NCBI GenBank assembly: GCA_050250375.1
Contig: JBFWOS010000001.1
Span: forward strand, 1,086,361-1,150,360
DNA length: 64,000 nt
Direction: 5' to 3'
Source: Candidatus Omnitrophota bacterium
Lineage (GTDB): Bacteria; Omnitrophota; Gorgyraeia; Zapsychrales; Zapsychraceae
Part shown: piece after piece, positions 47,223 through 57,217 of the stretch
Layout of the letters: every line of letters begins with the position of its first letter
Numbering within the stretch: position 1 is the first letter of the stretch
Position numbers and translations under genes: made by a program
The notes under the pieces: generated by a model
The model's database searches: none
Seen by the model: only the letters and a program-made list of their open reading frames with translations
What the model was told of the DNA's origin: nothing

Positions 47223-48617
47223 TTATTTTCCTATACAAAACTGTGAGAAAATGTTATCGAGCAAGTCGTAATCAATATTTCTTCCGGTGATACCATCCAG
47301 ATAATTAACGCCGACTTTTATTTCTTCAGAGACAAATTCCAAGGATAATCCGTCTGACAGGTATTCCTGGGCTTTATTTAAGGACTGCCGGCAATCTTTC
47401 AACGCCGCAATATGCCGCATATTACTGACCAACAGGTTTTGTGAAGAAACCTGCTTGCCTTGCAAAACGTTGTCGACGATTGACTTCTTTAGTTGATCAA
47501 TATCCGTTAATTTTAACGCGGAAATTGATTGAATTATTTTTCCCGGAGCAACATTGATCAAATCCTGCTTGGTCGTTTTCTGGGGTAAGTCGGATTTGTT
47601 CAGGATGAGAATTAAATTTTGCTCTTTAAACTGTCGGATAAGATTGTGATCGGCCTCATCCAGAGGCTGGGAACCATCCACCAAAAGTAAAACTAAATCC
47701 GCTCCCTGGATATGAAGGTGACTGCGCCTGACCGCTTCTTCTTCGATAACATCCCTCGGATCTAATATACCTGCGGTGTCAACAAACAAAAACGGAAATC
47801 CGTTGATATGGGTCGTTTCTTCGATCGTATCCCGAGTAGTCCCGGCGATATTTGAAACAATCGCCCGCTCCGTTTTTAAAAAAACATTCAGCAATGAAGA
47901 TTTACCGACATTGGGTTTTCCGCATAAAACAATCTTGATCCCTTCCTTAAGTAACCGTCCCTGGTCGGCTGATGACAGTAATTGAATGACCTTTTCTTTA
48001 GCGGATTCTATATCCTTTTTCAGCCGATCCCTGCCCTTTGAATCAATTTCATCTTCCGGAAAATTAACAATAGCCTCCATTTCGATGTAAACATTCATCA
48101 GCCGTTCACGAATATATGTGAGTTCCGAGGACAATTCACCTCGCAATTGGTTCGTGCTTATTCTCAAGAAGGTATCGGTTTTCGATTGAATAATATCCAG
48201 CACTGCCTCGGCCTGCGTCAAATCAATGCGTCCGTTCAGAAATGCCCTCTTAGTAAATTCACCAGGGTGAGCAAGCCTGGCCCCGTAATCATGCGCCAAA
48301 TTCAATATGGCCCGCAGGGAAACAATCCCACCGTGACAACTGATCTCGACGACATCCTCTTTCGTATAACTTTTGGGGGACCTCATAACCGTCAAAAGGA
48401 CTTCATCCACCGTTTTCTCATCTTGAGAGACAACCCAGCCGTAATGTGTCGTATAACTTTTAAACGCGGAGAATTGCTTCGAACTACAGGACCGGAACAT
48501 TTTTGCGGCTATTCCCAAGGCTTCTTTTCCGCTTAAACGAATGATACCGATTCCTCCCTGTCCGCTCGGAGTGGATATCGCTACGATTGTGTCATTTAAC
48601 CCTTCATATTGATACAT
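47223..48617 (-). CDS. mnmE: tRNA modification GTPase MnmE
   Basis: DTIVAIST, GEFTKRAFLNGRIDLTQAE, GKPNVGKSSL, GTTRD, FCIGK. Confidence 0.98.
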   Translation of the reverse strand: MYQYEGLNDTIVAISTPSGQGGIGIIRLSGKEALGIAAKMFRSCSSKQFSAFKSYTTHYGWVVSQDEKTVDEVLLTVMRSPKSYTKEDVVEISCHGGIVSLRAILNLAHDYGARLAHPGEFTKRAFLNGRIDLTQAEAVLDIIQSKTDTFLRISTNQLRGELSSELTYIRERLMNVYIEMEAIVNFPEDEIDSKGRDRLKKDIESAKEKVIQLLSSADQGRLLKEGIKIVLCGKPNVGKSSLLNVFLKTERAIVSNIAGTTRDTIEETTHINGFPFLFVDTAGILDPRDVIEEEAVRRSHLHIQGADLVLLLVDGSQPLDEADHNLIRQFKEQNLILILNKSDLPQKTTKQDLINVAPGKIIQSISALKLTDIDQLKKSIVDNVLQGKQVSSQNLLVSNMRHIAALKDCRQSLNKAQEYLSDGLSLEFVSEEIKVGVNYLDGITGRNIDYDLLDNIFSQFCIGK

Positions 48618-49993
48618 AATTGTCCTATCCTGCCTGGAGCCCTGTTTAAAAGCAAACCCCTCGCCTCACTGGCCACAAAGATTGATCCGGTAATTAAAAT
48701 AATCCCGTCGTGAGGACATTCATTCCAAGCCAGCTTCAATGCGTCCGCCACAGAATTTGTCTTAATAAGATCGAGACCTGAAAACAAATGTGATAACTCT
48801 TCATCTTTAAATTCATACGCTCTTTTATTATCCGCTTTCGTAATATAAACCCTGGAAGCAATATTTTTGACGGCCGTGCATATTTCACTGATCTTTTTAT
48901 CGTTCGACACACCTAAGATCAGATGGACTTTCTGATCGCCGAAGTATAAACGCACTGTCCCTGCCAACCGCAACATGGAATCTTCATTGTGCGCCGCGTC
49001 CAGGATAACAAACGGGTTCTTTCCGAGAATCTCAAACCGTATAGGCCAAAAGGCTGTTTTTAATCCCCGATAAATCGCCTCTCTTGAAATCAAAAATCCT
49101 TTCTTATTAATCAATTCAGCCACACTGACAGCCGCCGCGGCATTACTGCATTGATGGACTCCCAACAATAAAATTTCCAAGTCTTGATAATCCGACTTTG
49201 CCGTTTTCAAATGAACAGTCTGATTCAAAAAATTCTGTTCGATTTTTTTAATCATTATGTCTTCAGCAACATTGACGGGTTTAATCCCAAACTGCTCGCA
49301 CCGTTTAAGAATAACTTCCATGGCCTGCGTCCGTTGCGGGGCAATAACGACATCCTGGTATTTTTTGATGATGGCCGCTTTTTCATAAGCAATCTTATCT
49401 AGAGTATCTCCAAGGATATGGGTATGTTCCAGGCTGATCGGAGTAATCACCGCGACCATTGAGTCGATAACGTTGGTCGCATCCAACCTTCCGCCAAGCC
49501 CTGTTTCAATAACGGCAAAATCAATCTGCTCCTGATTAAAATAATAAAACGCTAAGGCGGTATAAACTTCATAAAAAGTAAGCCGGCCGTGCGTGCGATC
49601 ACTCCTGACTTCTTCAATAACAGACTGAATAGAAGTCAAAACCTGTGCCAGACGATCATCAGAAATGCTGTCAGGAAATACTGCCTCGGTTGCCGGTTCA
49701 GCCCCCAAGGTTAAAATACGAATTCTTTCGTTATACGATTGAATATGCGGCGACGTATACAAACCCACTTTATACCCCGCTTCCTTAAGAATATGCGCGA
49801 CCATGACAGACGTCGACCCTTTTCCTTTTGAACCGGCGATATGAACCGTTTTTAAATTTTTGTGAGGATTACCTAAGGCTAGCAGCAGTTTATGAACACG
49901 CTCCAACTTAAATATCTTATTGGTAACATTATCCAAAGATTGTTCGAGGTCGATGAATGAATTCAGGTATGTCCGAGCTTGTTGGGGAGTCAT
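48596..49993 (-). CDS. folC: Folylpolyglutamate synthase/dihydrofolate synthase
   Basis: HIAGSKGKGS, YTSPH, ETGLGGRLDATN, LDAAHN, TGSIF. Confidence 0.96.
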   Translation of the reverse strand: MTPQQARTYLNSFIDLEQSLDNVTNKIFKLERVHKLLLALGNPHKNLKTVHIAGSKGKGSTSVMVAHILKEAGYKVGLYTSPHIQSYNERIRILTLGAEPATEAVFPDSISDDRLAQVLTSIQSVIEEVRSDRTHGRLTFYEVYTALAFYYFNQEQIDFAVIETGLGGRLDATNVIDSMVAVITPISLEHTHILGDTLDKIAYEKAAIIKKYQDVVIAPQRTQAMEVILKRCEQFGIKPVNVAEDIMIKKIEQNFLNQTVHLKTAKSDYQDLEILLLGVHQCSNAAAAVSVAELINKKGFLISREAIYRGLKTAFWPIRFEILGKNPFVILDAAHNEDSMLRLAGTVRLYFGDQKVHLILGVSNDKKISEICTAVKNIASRVYITKADNKRAYEFKDEELSHLFSGLDLIKTNSVADALKLAWNECPHDGIILITGSIFVASEARGLLLNRAPGRIGQLCINMKG

Positions 49994-50012
49994 GACAGGC
50001 CTCCATAAGCAA

Positions 50013-51569
50013 TTAATGCTTAAAATGCCTTACCGATGTGAAGACCATGGCTAATTTATGGCGATCAGCGGCGGCGATGACTTCTTTGTCAGCGATTGAT
50101 CCGCCGGTCTGGATAATCGCGCTAACGCCGGCTTTGGCCGCCAGATCAATGTTGTCCGTTTTTGGGAAAAAAGCGTCTGAGATCAAAATAGAATTTTTCG
50201 CCTGTTTGCCGGCTTTGTTGACGGCCGTGTGGACGCTCTCCACCCGGGAGGTTTGGCCGCATCCAATTCCGACCACACGTTTACTTTTTACGAGCAGAAT
50301 CGCGTTTGATTTTACATTCTTGATGACCTGCCATCCGAATTTCATGGCTTCAAGCTGCGGGGCTGTTGGTTTTTTCTTGGTAACAATTTTCAGATCTTCA
50401 TCCTTTAAAATATGCTCATCTTTTTCCTGAAGAAGTAAACCCCCGTAAATCTTCTTACTGTCAAAAGGCTCTTTGATCATTTTCTTAAAATCAAATTCAA
50501 TCAATCTCAAATTCTTTTTAACGCCCAGGATAGCCTTGGCTTTACTGCTGAATTTCGGGGCAATAATACATTCCATAAAACCGCTTTTGTTGATCAACTC
50601 AGCGGTCTCTTCGTCAACCGTCCGGTTCAAACCGATAATTCCCCCGAATGCAGAAACAGGATCACACGCCCACGCCTGTTTATAGGCACTGGCTATTGAC
50701 TGGTCCTGCGCAATACCCGTCGGATTATTATGTTTAATAATAACGGCCGTGGGTTCCTTAAAATCCTTGATAAATTCGATCGCCGCGTTTAAATCCAGAA
50801 AATTGTTAAATGAAAGCTCTTTACCGTGCAATTGTTTGATGTCGGCCAATCCATAGGCTTCCGGACCGGACATATATAACGCGGCTTTTTGGTGAGGATT
50901 TTCACCATAACGCAAAGTCTGCCGTTTTTCATATTTCTGGTCATACTGGACCGGCAGAGGATCAAAATCAGATCCCGTCAACCGTGACTTAAGAAATTTC
51001 TGGATAATTTCATCATAACGGGCCGTATAACCGAAGGCCTCAACGGCTAATTTATACAAAACCGAATCCGGGAGCAATCCATTGTTTTGTTTTAGTTCCT
51101 CCAGGACCGTATCATAATGGTCAGGATTACAGACAACGGCCACACTGCGATAATTCTTTGCCGCGGAACGTAACATCGACGGCCCACCGATATCAATGTT
51201 CTCGATGGCTTCCTCCAAATGAACATTCTTCTTTTGTGTAACCTTTTCAAAAGGATAAAGATTAACCACGACCATATCGATCATCCCGATCCCGTGTTTT
51301 TTGATCTGTTCCATGTGGTCTTTGTTATTGCGGACAGCCAAAAGACCCCCGTGAATTTTGGGATGCAGGGTTTTAACGCGGCCGTCCAGCATCTCGGGAA
51401 AACCGGTATACTCCGATACGTCCTGAACCGATACACCCGCCTCACGAATCAGCCGGGCCGTCCCTCCGGTTGAAAGGATTTCGACATTCAGGTCCGACAA
51501 ACCTTTAACAAACGGTATCAGTCCTTTTTTATCAGAAACACTGATGAGTATTCGATGAACTTTAAGCAT
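50013..51569 (-). CDS. purH: Bifunctional AICAR transformylase/IMP cyclohydrolase
   Basis: ISVSDK, GRVKTLHP, IDIGGPSM, LRYGENPHQ, SDAFFP, RHFKH. Confidence 0.98.
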   Translation of the reverse strand: MLKVHRILISVSDKKGLIPFVKGLSDLNVEILSTGGTARLIREAGVSVQDVSEYTGFPEMLDGRVKTLHPKIHGGLLAVRNNKDHMEQIKKHGIGMIDMVVVNLYPFEKVTQKKNVHLEEAIENIDIGGPSMLRSAAKNYRSVAVVCNPDHYDTVLEELKQNNGLLPDSVLYKLAVEAFGYTARYDEIIQKFLKSRLTGSDFDPLPVQYDQKYEKRQTLRYGENPHQKAALYMSGPEAYGLADIKQLHGKELSFNNFLDLNAAIEFIKDFKEPTAVIIKHNNPTGIAQDQSIASAYKQAWACDPVSAFGGIIGLNRTVDEETAELINKSGFMECIIAPKFSSKAKAILGVKKNLRLIEFDFKKMIKEPFDSKKIYGGLLLQEKDEHILKDEDLKIVTKKKPTAPQLEAMKFGWQVIKNVKSNAILLVKSKRVVGIGCGQTSRVESVHTAVNKAGKQAKNSILISDAFFPKTDNIDLAAKAGVSAIIQTGGSIADKEVIAAADRHKLAMVFTSVRHFKH

Positions 51570-51608
51570 GGTCGTGGTGGATTAAAAAAACTTTATTCGT
51601 GGCCAATA

Positions 51609-52121
51609 TCAAATATTTAATTGCTTAATGACTTCAACGGTAAACGCAGTCAAATCTTCAGGTTTGCGGGAAGTGATGAGATTTTTGTCAACAACAACTT
51701 CCTGATCGGACCAATCAGCCCCGGCGGCAATAAGATCATCCTTAATGGCAAAAAAGCTGGTTGCCTTTTTGCCTTTCAAAATTCCAGCCGAAACAAGCAT
51801 CCACCCGCCGTGGCAGATGGCCGCTACGATCTTATTCTGATCATAAATTTCCCTGACGAATTGCGCCATTCTGGGCACCCGGCGCATAAAATCAGGAGCG
51901 AATCCTCCCGGGACAATTACTCCGTCAAACTGATCGGCGTTAACTTCTGAAATGGAACAATCCGCTTTTGCCGGATACCCCTCCTTACTGCCGTAACTGT
52001 TTTTCGTGCCGGATCCGACCAACTTAACGTCAATTCCGTTTTCACGCAAACGCAGCCAAGGGTACCAGACCTCAAGCACTTGATATTGATCTTCTATTAA
52101 TATGGCGATTGACTTTGTCAT
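51609..52121 (-). CDS. pfpI: PfpI/DJ-1 family protein
   Basis: VPGGFAPD, AICHG, VVVDKNLITSR; start at MTKSIA because the track start lies in the terminator. Confidence 0.88.
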   Translation of the reverse strand: MTKSIAILIEDQYQVLEVWYPWLRLRENGIDVKLVGSGTKNSYGSKEGYPAKADCSISEVNADQFDGVIVPGGFAPDFMRRVPRMAQFVREIYDQNKIVAAICHGGWMLVSAGILKGKKATSFFAIKDDLIAAGADWSDQEVVVDKNLITSRKPEDLTAFTVEVIKQLNI

Positions 52122-52137
52122 TTTATGATTGGAAATG

Positions 52138-52168
52138 AATAAGGGACGCAAGAACTGCGTCCCTTATT
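52138..52168 (-). terminator. Hairpin terminator downstream of rpsU
   Basis: 13-bp perfect stem AATAAGGGACGCA / TGCGTCCCTTATT with a 5-nt loop. Confidence 0.75.
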
Positions 52169-52206
52169 AGATATACTTAGAGACCGCAAATGATCTCTTT
52201 TATAAA

Positions 52207-52362
52207 CTATCGTTTACCTTTTAGCCGTTTTTTCTCGGATGGCTTGCTGTAAAAACGTCTGTCTTTCAGTTCCATCATGAATCCGTCTTTCTGACAGGCC
52301 TTTTTAAAGATACGCATAGCTTTCTCAAAACTGTTATTGTCGTTTACTTTAACTTCTATCAT
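52207..52362 (-). CDS. rpsU: 30S ribosomal protein S21
   Basis: Not in track (51 aa): MIEVKVNDNNSFEKAMRIFKKACQKDGFMMELKDRRFYSKPSEKKRLKGKR; AGGTGG RBS. Confidence 0.93.
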   Translation of the reverse strand: MIEVKVNDNNSFEKAMRIFKKACQKDGFMMELKDRRFYSKPSEKKRLKGKR

Positions 52363-52413
52363 CGGGTATATTCACCACCTTTATCGGTTAATCGTTTTCT
52401 ATAGGAAGGTTGT

Positions 52414-52441
52414 ATTATATACCAGATTGTTAAATTGTAAA
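52414..52441 (-). promoter_or_regulatory. Sigma70-type promoter for rpsU
   Basis: TTTACA-16 nt-TATAAT. Confidence 0.55.
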
Positions 52442-52524
52442 GGATTTTTCAACCGCCAGCTTCGGATCAAAACTCACAGGACAAATTCTTCGTTACTCTA
52501 TGAAATTAAATGATTTATAAGAAT

Positions 52525-52827
52525 CTAAATTGCCATGGCGCCATCTTCGCCTGTACGAATCTTGATGACATTCTCCAGAGGAATAACCGCGATTTTACCG
52601 TCACCGGTCGATCCTGTTTTGGCAACCTGCCGGACCATTTCAACAACTTTATCCACCTGGAACTCATCAACGTAAATATCAATCTTTCTTTTGGGCTGAA
52701 GACCGTTGCGGTGCCTTCCGAAACCTTTTGCCTCCGTGACCGTCAGACCGCCGACTCCGGAGTCTTCCAGGACTTTAATCACAGCATTAAATTTTTCTTC
52801 TCTAACGATAATTTCTAACTTTTTCAT
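52525..52827 (-). CDS. glnB: P-II family regulator with truncated T-loop
   Basis: KGFGR, TGSTGDGKI, KIRTGE; 100 aa from MKKLEII. Confidence 0.85.
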   Translation of the reverse strand: MKKLEIIVREEKFNAVIKVLEDSGVGGLTVTEAKGFGRHRNGLQPKRKIDIYVDEFQVDKVVEMVRQVAKTGSTGDGKIAVIPLENVIKIRTGEDGAMAI

Positions 52828-52833
52828 ATGAAA

Positions 52834-52910
52834 CTCCCGTTCATTTTTCTTCATTCTCTAGTTAAGAAGAAAATGACCTGCCTCGCCTTGCTCGGCAAGG
52901 CGGGCGTGGC
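52834..52910. repeat. Dispersed hairpin leader repeat, copy 1 (28-nt GC-rich insert)
   Basis: CTCCCGTTCATTTTTC...GAAAATGA[CCTGCCTCGCCTTGCTCGGCAAGGCGGG]CGTGGC. Confidence 0.75.
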
Positions 52911-52946
52911 ACGCCATAGAAATGACGGCCTTAAGAAATTTTAAAT

Positions 52947-54116
52947 TTATTCAGGATCATGATAATAAAATTCATCATGATTGAAATTACGTAACGTGTA
53001 TGTACTTTTTTCTTTTTTAACCACATAATTCGGTGAAATGGGAATTTTTCCACCGCCGCCGGGTCCGTCCACCACATACGTCGGCACGGCGTAACCCGTT
53101 GTGTGTCCGCGTAACTGCTCCATGATGTTAATACCGGTCGAGATCTCCGTCCTAAAATGCTTTGAACCGAGAATCGGGTCACACTGATAAATGTAATACG
53201 GCCTGATCCTTATTTTTAGGAGTTCGTGCATCAACTTTTTCATAATCTCCGGCTGGTCGTTGACCCCTTTGAGCAACACTGTCTGACTTCCCATGGGTAT
53301 CCCCGCGTCGGCAATCAAATCACAAGCGAACTTCACGCGGGGAGTGATTTCTTCCGCATGATTGAAATGAATACTCATCCAAATCGGACTATACTTTTTC
53401 AGCATGTTAATCAGCTGCGGGGTTACCCGCTGCGGCAATGTTACCGGAATTCTCGTGCCGATTCTGACAAACTCAACATGCTCAATGGATTTGATTTCCT
53501 GGATAATATGCTCAAGCACACGGTCGCTCAAGGTCAACGGATCTCCGCCGGAAATTAACACATCTCTTATTTCTTTGTGACTCCTGATGTAGTCAAAAGC
53601 CTTTTGATACGATTCCATACTCAACGATCGTTCACCATCCCCGACCATTCTTGAACGCGTGCAATACCGGCAATACATGGCACACATCTCATTGACCAAA
53701 AAAAGGACTCGGTCCGGGTAACGGTGCACCAGGCCATGAATGGGAGAATGTTTGTCCTCACCACAGGGATCCGCCATTTCTTCCGGGGCTGCCGTTAACT
53801 CATCTACCTGGGGGATACTTTGTAAACGGATCGGACACGTCGGATCGTCCGGACGGATCAGGGCCGCAAAATAAGGCGGAATAGCCATCGTCAGTTTTTT
53901 TCCGCAGCCGACAATACCGGCTTTTTCTTTTTTTGTTAGGTTCACAATACTTTCCAGAACTTCCTTGCTGCGGATCCTGTTGCGAATCTGCCAACGCCAA
54001 TCGTTCCAATCTGATTCCGTGGCCCCGTCAAAAAACTCAAGGACTCTCATTTCCTGAGATGTAAGTGGTATCTGGGAAATTTGCAATTCTTGGTCAAGGG
54101 CGTCCATTGGATTCAT
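52947..54116 (-). CDS. kamA: KamA-family radical SAM aminomutase (lysine 2,3-aminomutase-like)
   Basis: WNDWRWQ, HRYPDRVL, CAMYCRYCTR, YQCD, VVDGPGGGGKIP. Confidence 0.9.
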   Translation of the reverse strand: MNPMDALDQELQISQIPLTSQEMRVLEFFDGATESDWNDWRWQIRNRIRSKEVLESIVNLTKKEKAGIVGCGKKLTMAIPPYFAALIRPDDPTCPIRLQSIPQVDELTAAPEEMADPCGEDKHSPIHGLVHRYPDRVLFLVNEMCAMYCRYCTRSRMVGDGERSLSMESYQKAFDYIRSHKEIRDVLISGGDPLTLSDRVLEHIIQEIKSIEHVEFVRIGTRIPVTLPQRVTPQLINMLKKYSPIWMSIHFNHAEEITPRVKFACDLIADAGIPMGSQTVLLKGVNDQPEIMKKLMHELLKIRIRPYYIYQCDPILGSKHFRTEISTGINIMEQLRGHTTGYAVPTYVVDGPGGGGKIPISPNYVVKKEKSTYTLRNFNHDEFYYHDPE

Positions 54117-55153
54117 TAAGCATTTATCTCCTGGTAAAAGGGTTTTAACAATTCTTGTTCTGTTTGATCAATGAGACCGTAACGGGCCAGTGATATATTT
54201 AATATTATGTTTAATATTTGATTAAAATCAAGCCCAAACAATTGAGGAAAGACATGAAACACATCTTCTTTATCCATGGTCGGAAGAGGGTTAATCTCCA
54301 AAACATACGGCCTTCCCTCTTTAGAGACACGAAAATCAATCCTCGCCAGATCCCGGCAATCCACCGATCTAAAAACCTTCACCGCAATTTCCTGTATTTC
54401 TTTCGTTAATTCCGGCGTTATCTGGGCCGGACACACATATTTTAAGGCCGCCGAATAAATCCGCTCGTTGGTATATATCCGGTCATCCAATTCCAAATTG
54501 CCGTCAATACAGATCTGAACAACCGGCATGGCTACCGGAGTTGCATTTCCCAATACTGGAACCGTAAATTCCCTTCCGGCAATAAATTGTTCAACCAGAG
54601 CTGGCTGGCTGTACGTCCGGTTAATAAAATCGACCCTTCGTTTCAATTCTGTAATATTTTGAACCCTTGATTCATTATTAATTCCTTTGGAAGACCCTTC
54701 ATGTTTGGTTTTGACCATCAAAGGAAAGCCAATCGTGTTCAGTTGTTCAAGGTCATCGGTTGACTCTGCTGAAAAATATCCCGGGGTCGGGATATTCTGC
54801 CCCATAAACACTTTCTTGGCCATAATCTTGTCTAGAGTAACCCCCAACGACAACGCATCCGCCCCCAAATAAGGGATCTGATTCATTTCCAGAATAATCG
54901 GTACCTGTGATTCACGGTTACGGCCCGACCGGCCTTCGCACATGTTATAGACGAAATCGACATTCAGGTCTTCCACGCACTGGATAAGCTGATGGAAATT
55001 TCCAATCCGGATCACTTCATGTCCGCCGCTTTCGATCGCAGCGATAATCATTTCCAGCGTCTCGGGTTTATCAAATTCCGCGTTGATGTCTGCAGGGTCA
55101 CTATCTTTTTTGACCCAATCTGTTTTTAAATCGTATGTTATTCCAATTTTCAT
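54116..55153 (-). CDS. D-Ala-D-Ala ligase-like ATP-grasp protein
   Basis: MKIGITYDL, EGRSGRNRESQVP, EGSSKGI, GREFTV, ARIDFR, LEINPLP; TAATG overlap with kamA. Confidence 0.85.
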   Translation of the reverse strand: MKIGITYDLKTDWVKKDSDPADINAEFDKPETLEMIIAAIESGGHEVIRIGNFHQLIQCVEDLNVDFVYNMCEGRSGRNRESQVPIILEMNQIPYLGADALSLGVTLDKIMAKKVFMGQNIPTPGYFSAESTDDLEQLNTIGFPLMVKTKHEGSSKGINNESRVQNITELKRRVDFINRTYSQPALVEQFIAGREFTVPVLGNATPVAMPVVQICIDGNLELDDRIYTNERIYSAALKYVCPAQITPELTKEIQEIAVKVFRSVDCRDLARIDFRVSKEGRPYVLEINPLPTMDKEDVFHVFPQLFGLDFNQILNIILNISLARYGLIDQTEQELLKPFYQEINA

Positions 55154-55158
55154 GATGT

Positions 55159-56508
55159 TTACCAAAGGATTAAAGTTGCGATTTTAAAATACACTAAAAG
55201 TGAAACAATATCAACAATACATGTGATAAAAGGCCCGGACATCAAGGCCGGGTCCAATTTTAATTTCTTGAACAAGATCGGCAATAATGCCCCCAATGAC
55301 GCCGCCAGCATTACGGAAGTAATCATAGACAGTCCGACAACAATTCCGAGTTTTAGGTCACGTTTCAAAAAGAAAGCCATGAATGAAGCCAATAATCCCA
55401 TTGAGGTGCCTACCATTGCCCCGACCATCAACTCTTTCCGCCAGACTTTCATGAAATCCCGCAACTCAATATCTTCTGTTGCCAAGCCCCTAATGACAAC
55501 CGTTGACGTTTGAGTGCCGGCATTTCCGCCCGCCCCCAGCAATAAGGGAATAAAAAAACTTAAAGCCATTACCGTTTGAAGCGTTTCGGCATTGTTCTGC
55601 AGAACCCAAGCCGAAATAAACCCCACAAAAATCAAAATCATCAGCCAGAGTGTTCTTTGCCGGGCGACCTTAAACGGATTGGCCTTCATATAATCGACAT
55701 AAACCCCGGCGGCCGCCAACTTATACATATCTTCGGTCGTCTCTTCCTCAACGACGTCCATAACATCGTCAACCGTCACGATGCCGACCAGCCGGCTTTC
55801 ATTGTCCACGATCGGGATTGCCAAAAAATCATAATCGGACAATTTCCTGGCCACAGCTTCTTTGTCATCATCGACATTCGCACTGATGACATGAGTATTC
55901 ATAATGTCTTCAATTTTTTTGGTCGATGGCGCGATGATGATGTCTCTTAACGAAACAAAACCCAACAATTTTCGGTCATTATCGATGACATAAATATAAT
56001 AAATGGTCTCACTGTCAATAGCCTGGATCTTGATTTTCTCGATGGCTTCATTGACTGTGATATTTTTTGGGAGAAACGCATACTCCGTTGTCAGAATGGA
56101 TCCGGCGGTCTCTTCTTTATACTTGGTCAATTTCTTTATATCGAGACGTTCGGCCCTGGCCACCAGCGGTAGAATTTCTTCAAGGCGTTCCTGCGGCAAA
56201 TAGACAATAAAATCCGCCCGCTCATCCGGCGACATTTCCTCTAAAACATCGGCCATCCATTCTTTATCGAAACAGTTGAATATTTCTTTCTTACGCTCAT
56301 CATCAAACTGTTCAAAAAGCTCAATCCCGGTCGGGATACCTAAAGCCTTGATGCATTCGGCGATTTGGTTGTCTTCCAGATTCTCACAAAGAACATAAAT
56401 ATCATACGTGTGCATATCCGAAAATAAATTCCGGATCTTTTCAACCTTTTCCGGCGATTCAAGGATCGAATGAATTTGCGGGGTTATTAAAGCTCCTCTT
56501 TTCTGCAC
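55159..56508 (-). CDS. mgtE: Magnesium transporter MgtE
   Basis: MgtE_N, CBS pair, GGNAGTQ, DPALMSGPFITCIVD. Confidence 0.96.
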   Translation of the reverse strand: MQKRGALITPQIHSILESPEKVEKIRNLFSDMHTYDIYVLCENLEDNQIAECIKALGIPTGIELFEQFDDERKKEIFNCFDKEWMADVLEEMSPDERADFIVYLPQERLEEILPLVARAERLDIKKLTKYKEETAGSILTTEYAFLPKNITVNEAIEKIKIQAIDSETIYYIYVIDNDRKLLGFVSLRDIIIAPSTKKIEDIMNTHVISANVDDDKEAVARKLSDYDFLAIPIVDNESRLVGIVTVDDVMDVVEEETTEDMYKLAAAGVYVDYMKANPFKVARQRTLWLMILIFVGFISAWVLQNNAETLQTVMALSFFIPLLLGAGGNAGTQTSTVVIRGLATEDIELRDFMKVWRKELMVGAMVGTSMGLLASFMAFFLKRDLKLGIVVGLSMITSVMLAASLGALLPILFKKLKLDPALMSGPFITCIVDIVSLLVYFKIATLILW

Positions 56509-56518
56509 GTGGCATCCT

Positions 56519-57181
56519 TTACCGGCTGATGGTTACATTTGATTTCGCGCAATATCGGCTGACACTGCACCTCGAGCACAACGGCGAAACAGGCTTACAA
56601 ACGTTCTGTCCCCAGGTGACCAGCAAAGCATTATAATCTATCCAATGTTTTTTAGGCAACTTCTTTCTTAAGGCCCATTCTGTTTCTTCCGGAGATTTTG
56701 TCTGTATGTAACCGAAACGGTTGGAAATCCGGTGGACGTGTGTATCAACGCACATGGCCGGGATATTAAACCCTTCCGTCAAAACTAAATTAGCTGTTTT
56801 GCGTCCGACGCCTTTCATCGTCAATAATGTTTCAATATCATCGGGGACTTTATGATTAAATTTCTCGATAATGTCTTTGCAGATACCAAGGATGGTCCGG
56901 GCCTTCGTCTTGTAAAAACCAACCGGAAAAATTGCCTTTTCAATCTGGGAGGCTGATAACTTGATCATGGTCTCAGGAGTATCGGCCAGTTTGAATAATC
57001 GTTCCGAAGCCGGCAGCGTTGTTTCGTCTTTTGTCCGCAGACTCATAATGCAGGAAATCAGAACCAAAAATGGGCTCTTCCACCTTTTACCGACAAGAGT
57101 CACTGACGGATCCGGCAGGCCTTTCATTTGTTCTCTTATATTAAGAATCACCGTATCAATATTTCGATTCGTAACAGGCAT
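56519..57181 (-). CDS. nth: Endonuclease III
   Basis: GVGRKTANLV, VDTHVHRI, CKPVSPLCSRCSVSRYC. Confidence 0.96.
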   Translation of the reverse strand: MPVTNRNIDTVILNIREQMKGLPDPSVTLVGKRWKSPFLVLISCIMSLRTKDETTLPASERLFKLADTPETMIKLSASQIEKAIFPVGFYKTKARTILGICKDIIEKFNHKVPDDIETLLTMKGVGRKTANLVLTEGFNIPAMCVDTHVHRISNRFGYIQTKSPEETEWALRKKLPKKHWIDYNALLVTWGQNVCKPVSPLCSRCSVSRYCAKSNVTISR

Positions 57182-57217
57182 AATTATCCAACAGCCCTGC
57201 TGGCTGTGCGCCGGGCA

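Noticed and set aside
54116-55153. ddl (cell-wall D-Ala-D-Ala ligase)
   Set aside because: Lacks the N-terminal GGxSxE motif and HG..GEDG, lies outside a dcw cluster, and is coupled to kamA.
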